From assembly GCA_002869585.1 (NCBI GenBank), contig PKUO01000042.1, positions 1,261 through 65,260 of the forward strand: a stretch of DNA of 64,000 bases, read 5' to 3'. This stretch comes from Sedimenticola sp. (lineage in GTDB: Bacteria > Pseudomonadota > Gammaproteobacteria > Chromatiales > Chromatiaceae). Numbering within the stretch: the first letter of the stretch is position 1; every line of letters starts with the position of its first letter. Below the pieces are notes generated by a model. The model saw nothing but the letters and a program-made list of their open reading frames with translations. It made no database searches and had not been told where the DNA came from. The translations under genes were made by a program, and so were the position numbers. Of the stretch, positions 60,285 to 64,000 are shown piece by piece.

Positions 60285-60300
60285 CGGCTTGAGGAGGTGG

Positions 60301-61428
60301 CTACACCAGCACCAGGTTATCGCGGTGGATGAGCTCCTCCTCGTCGATATAGCCAAGAATCTGGTTGATTTGACTGGAGGGCATTCCGGCAATTCTGGCG
60401 GCATCCGCCGCACCGTAATTGACCAGACCGCGGGCCACTTCAATTCCCCGCTCATCCACACAGGAGACCACCTCGCCACGCGAGAAGTAGCCAGAAACCT
60501 GTTTCACTCCAACGGCGAGCAGGCTCTTGCCGGATTCGCGCAACACCCGGACCGCGCCCTGATCCAGCACCAGGCGCCCGCGCACCTTCATGTGCCCCGC
60601 CAACCAGCGTTTGCGTGACGCCTCGGGCCCCTGGGTCGGGAGCAACAGGGTTCCCAGAGATTCTCCCTGGGCAATACGTGTCAGCACCCCTTCACCCTTC
60701 CCCGGCGCGATAATGGTGGCCGTCCCGGAACGGGCAGCAAGACGTGCGGCCCGCACCTTGGTCTGCATACCGCCACGACCGAGTCCGCTGGCGCTGTCGC
60801 CTGCAACCTCATCCAAAAGCAGATTATCCACCCGGCTTTCCGTGATCAGTCGCGCCTGCGGATTGAAACGGGGATCGGCGTCATACAGCCCGTTCTGGTC
60901 GGTCAGCAACACCAGAAGATCGGCCTCAACCAGATTGGCGACCATCGCCGCCAGGGTATCGTTATCGCCAAAGCGCAACTCGTCGTTGGCGACCGTGTCG
61001 TTCTCATTGACCACCGGCACCACACCAAGCTGTATCAGGGTACGCAGGGTGCTGCGCGCATTCAGATAGCGCACCCGGTTGGTGAGATCGTCATGAGTCA
61101 GCAGCACCTGTGCGGTGTGCAGGCCACGCTTCTGAAAACAGGACTCATAGGCGCGGATCAGGCCCATCTGGCCGATTGCCGCTGCTGCCTGAAGCTCATG
61201 CAAGGTTGTCGGACGCTGCTGCCAGCCCATGCGGCTCATCCCTTCGGCGACTGCGCCGGAGGAGACCAGCACCAGCTGATTACCGGACAATACCAGGGAA
61301 GCCATCTGCTCAACCCAGGAGGAGAGCGCCTCGCGCGCCAGTCCCTTGCCATCTGCGGTCAGCAGGGCGCTGCCTATCTTCACCACCCAGCGCCGTGTTG
61401 CCGGCAATTTATCTCGCGACATGATCAT
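60301..61428 (-). CDS. proB: glutamate 5-kinase
   Basis: 375 aa. [10 protein letters not shown], and a C-terminal PUA domain. Confidence 0.95.
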   Translation of the reverse strand: MIMSRDKLPATRRWVVKIGSALLTADGKGLAREALSSWVEQMASLVLSGNQLVLVSSGAVAEGMSRMGWQQRPTTLHELQAAAAIGQMGLIRAYESCFQKRGLHTAQVLLTHDDLTNRVRYLNARSTLRTLIQLGVVPVVNENDTVANDELRFGDNDTLAAMVANLVEADLLVLLTDQNGLYDADPRFNPQARLITESRVDNLLLDEVAGDSASGLGRGGMQTKVRAARLAARSGTATIIAPGKGEGVLTRIAQGESLGTLLLPTQGPEASRKRWLAGHMKVRGRLVLDQGAVRVLRESGKSLLAVGVKQVSGYFSRGEVVSCVDERGIEVARGLVNYGAADAARIAGMPSSQINQILGYIDEEELIHRDNLVLV

Positions 61429-61434
61429 GCACTA

Positions 61435-62532
<1,098 letters not shown>

Positions 62533-62557
62533 CTATATAAAATCATCGTTCCATAAC

Positions 62558-62586
62558 GCAAAAAGCCCCGTCAAAAGACGAGGCCC
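62558..62586 (-). terminator. stem-loop/attenuator between rpmA and obg
   Basis: On the minus strand, GGCCTCGTC-TTTT-GACGGGGCT is followed by TTTTTG. Confidence 0.5.
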
Positions 62587-62610
62587 TTGCGATACAGCTG
62601 TCTGGCGCGA

Positions 62611-62868
62611 TCAGGCCGGAACCACGCTCACAAACTTGCGGTTCTTGGGGCCTTTGACCTCAAACTTGACAACACCATCTGCCTTCGCGAACAGGGTATG
62701 GTCCTTGCCGCAGCCGACGTTGTTACCAACGTGGAAGCGGGTACCGCGCTGACGGATGATGATACTGCCGGCTGAAACGGTCTGACCACCGAACGCTTTT
62801 ACGCCAAGGCGTTTCGATTCTGAATCGCGGCCGTTACGAGTACTACCGCCTGCTTTCTTATGTGCCAT
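62611..62868 (-). CDS. rpmA: 50S ribosomal protein L27
   Basis: [24 protein letters not shown].. Confidence 0.97.
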   Translation of the reverse strand: MAHKKAGGSTRNGRDSESKRLGVKAFGGQTVSAGSIIIRQRGTRFHVGNNVGCGKDHTLFAKADGVVKFEVKGPKNRKFVSVVPA

Positions 62869-62883
62869 GCTCTAACCTGCCTT

Positions 62884-63198
62884 TCAGCTAGCGCTGATTC
62901 CGGTAATCTCAAGCTCCGTGTACCACTGGCGGTGGCCCTGACGCTTCATGTGGTGCTTGCGTCTCCTGAACTTGATGATATTCACTTTATTGCCCCGGCC
63001 ATGCGACTTGACGGTAGCCGTTACCTTACCGCCGTCAACATAAGGGGTCCCAACTTTAATATCGTCACCGTTGGCGACCATTAAAACCTTGTCAAGCTCT
63101 ACAGAAGCGCCTTCATCGGCACCGAGCTTTTCGACCTTAAGGGTGTCACCTTCGGAAACCCGGTACTGCTTACCCCCGGTCTGAATTACGGCATACAT
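62884..63198 (-). CDS. rplU: 50S ribosomal protein L21
   Basis: [18 protein letters not shown].. Start set at ATG 63198. Confidence 0.96.
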   Translation of the reverse strand: MYAVIQTGGKQYRVSEGDTLKVEKLGADEGASVELDKVLMVANGDDIKVGTPYVDGGKVTATVKSHGRGNKVNIIKFRRRKHHMKRQGHRQWYTELEITGISAS

Positions 63199-63266
63199 AC
63201 CAAATCTCCGCATAAAATCTGCTATTTTTGACGCAAAACCCGATATGCGCCAACGAAAGAGGCGGA

Positions 63267-63295
63267 ATTCTACCTTCGAACCCCCTACAGGTCAA
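63267..63295 (-). promoter_or_regulatory. putative sigma70 promoter of rplU-rpmA
   Basis: On the minus strand, TTGACC, a 17-nt spacer and TAGAAT, about 60 nt upstream of the rplU ATG. Confidence 0.55.
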
Positions 63296-63356
63296 ACCTA
63301 ATTTGCAGAAAAAACGGCGGCCCGTTTCCCAAGAGGAGGATCGTACCGCCTCCCGC

Positions 63357-63385
63357 TTGACAGTTGCAAACAGCCCTCCTAGCAT
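63357..63385 (+). promoter_or_regulatory. putative sigma70 promoter of ispB
   Basis: TTGACA, a 17-nt spacer and TAGCAT, about 50 nt upstream of ATG 63437. Confidence 0.5.
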
Positions 63386-63436
63386 GCTCCATTCCTTGAC
63401 AATAACAACATCTGACCGGGGCTTACAGAGAAATCG

Positions 63437-64000
63437 ATGGATATCAATACTATCCGTGAACTGATCGCGGACGATATGAATAACGTCAATTCACTGATCA
63501 TCGATCGCCTCAGCTCGGATGTTGTCCTGATCAATCAGATTGGCCACTACATCGTCAACAGCGGCGGCAAGCGGCTGAGACCGATGATCGTGCTCCTCGC
63601 GGCCCGTGCGCTCGGCTACCAGGGCGACCGACACATCGACCTGGCGGCCGTCATCGAATTCATCCACACTGCCACCCTGCTGCATGACGACGTGGTCGAT
63701 GAATCCGATATGCGGCGCAGCCGCGACACCGCCAATGCCGTCTGGGGAAATGCCGCCAGCGTGCTGGTAGGCGACTTCCTCTACTCCCGCGCCTTCGAAA
63801 TGATGGTGGAAGTGAACATGATGAGGATCATGGAGATTCTCTCCCACGCCACCAACCGCATCGCCGAAGGCGAAGTGCTGCAACTGCTCAACTGCCACGA
63901 TGCGGACACCGATGAAAGCAAATACCGGGAAGTGATTCTGCGCAAAACCGCCACCCTGTTCGAGGCCGGCGCGCAACTTGGCGCTGTGCTGTGTCAGGGC
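63437..64000 (+). CDS. ispB: octaprenyl-diphosphate synthase (5' part, runs off the window)
   Basis: Open frame from ATG 63437 (not in the track because it has no stop). GGKRLRP and the first DDxxD motif (LLHDDVVDESDMRR). Divergent from rplU, as in other gammaproteobacteria. Confidence 0.9.
   Translation, partial: MDINTIRELIADDMNNVNSLIIDRLSSDVVLINQIGHYIVNSGGKRLRPMIVLLAARALGYQGDRHIDLAAVIEFIHTATLLHDDVVDESDMRRSRDTANAVWGNAASVLVGDFLYSRAFEMMVEVNMMRIMEILSHATNRIAEGEVLQLLNCHDADTDESKYREVILRKTATLFEAGAQLGAVLCQG

Noticed and set aside
63308-63330. Terminator-like hairpin AACGG-GCCG-CCGTT plus T-run on the minus strand, upstream of the rplU promoter
   Set aside because: No minus-strand gene precedes it (ispB is on the other strand). 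The stem is short and the function unclear.

Overview
This is a 64-kb chromosomal segment from a moderately GC-rich gammaproteobacterial chemolithoautotroph. The lineage guess (sulfur-oxidiser / symbiont-like) is inference only. All calls rest on motif and family recognition by eye; no searches were run. Main blocks: (1) a non-carboxysomal form IA Rubisco operon cbbL-cbbS-(small ORF)-cbbQ-cbbO, with no adjacent cbbR; (2) an OmpR/EnvZ-type two-component pair facing a class II cytochrome c, a FadL-type porin and a DUF2892 gene; (3) a GNAT-C39 / RimK ligase pair followed by gltA; (4) a chemoreceptor with a C-terminal CZB zinc domain; (5) housekeeping genes (pyrC, gloB, hisI, fur, bolA, grx, yhcC, pckA); (6) a divergent HDAC-type deacetylase and Pat-type acetyltransferase; (7) a DsrC/TusE-like gene, a Ycf46-like AAA ATPase, cbpA, an EgtB-like enzyme, FKBPs, nadC and a DUF1631 gene; (8) a DUF1538-DUF1538-PII-CBS operon; (9) ampDE and the conserved backbone lspA-ileS-ribF-murJ / rpsT ... 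proB-obg-rpmA-rplU / ispB. A 4.5-kb multihaem cytochrome island (HAO-like octahaem, NapC/NirT tetrahaem, pentahaem, two small paralogous membrane proteins) sits between rpsT and proB. The most unusual observation is that four otherwise intact conserved genes each carry exactly one in-frame stop (3x TAG, 1x TGA), with conserved sequence continuing across it. The best candidates for undescribed systems are the DUF1538/PII/CBS putative transporter, the GNAT-peptidase plus RimK ligase pair, and the small ORF inside the Rubisco-activase operon. I found no rRNA, tRNA, CRISPR, transposase or integrase.
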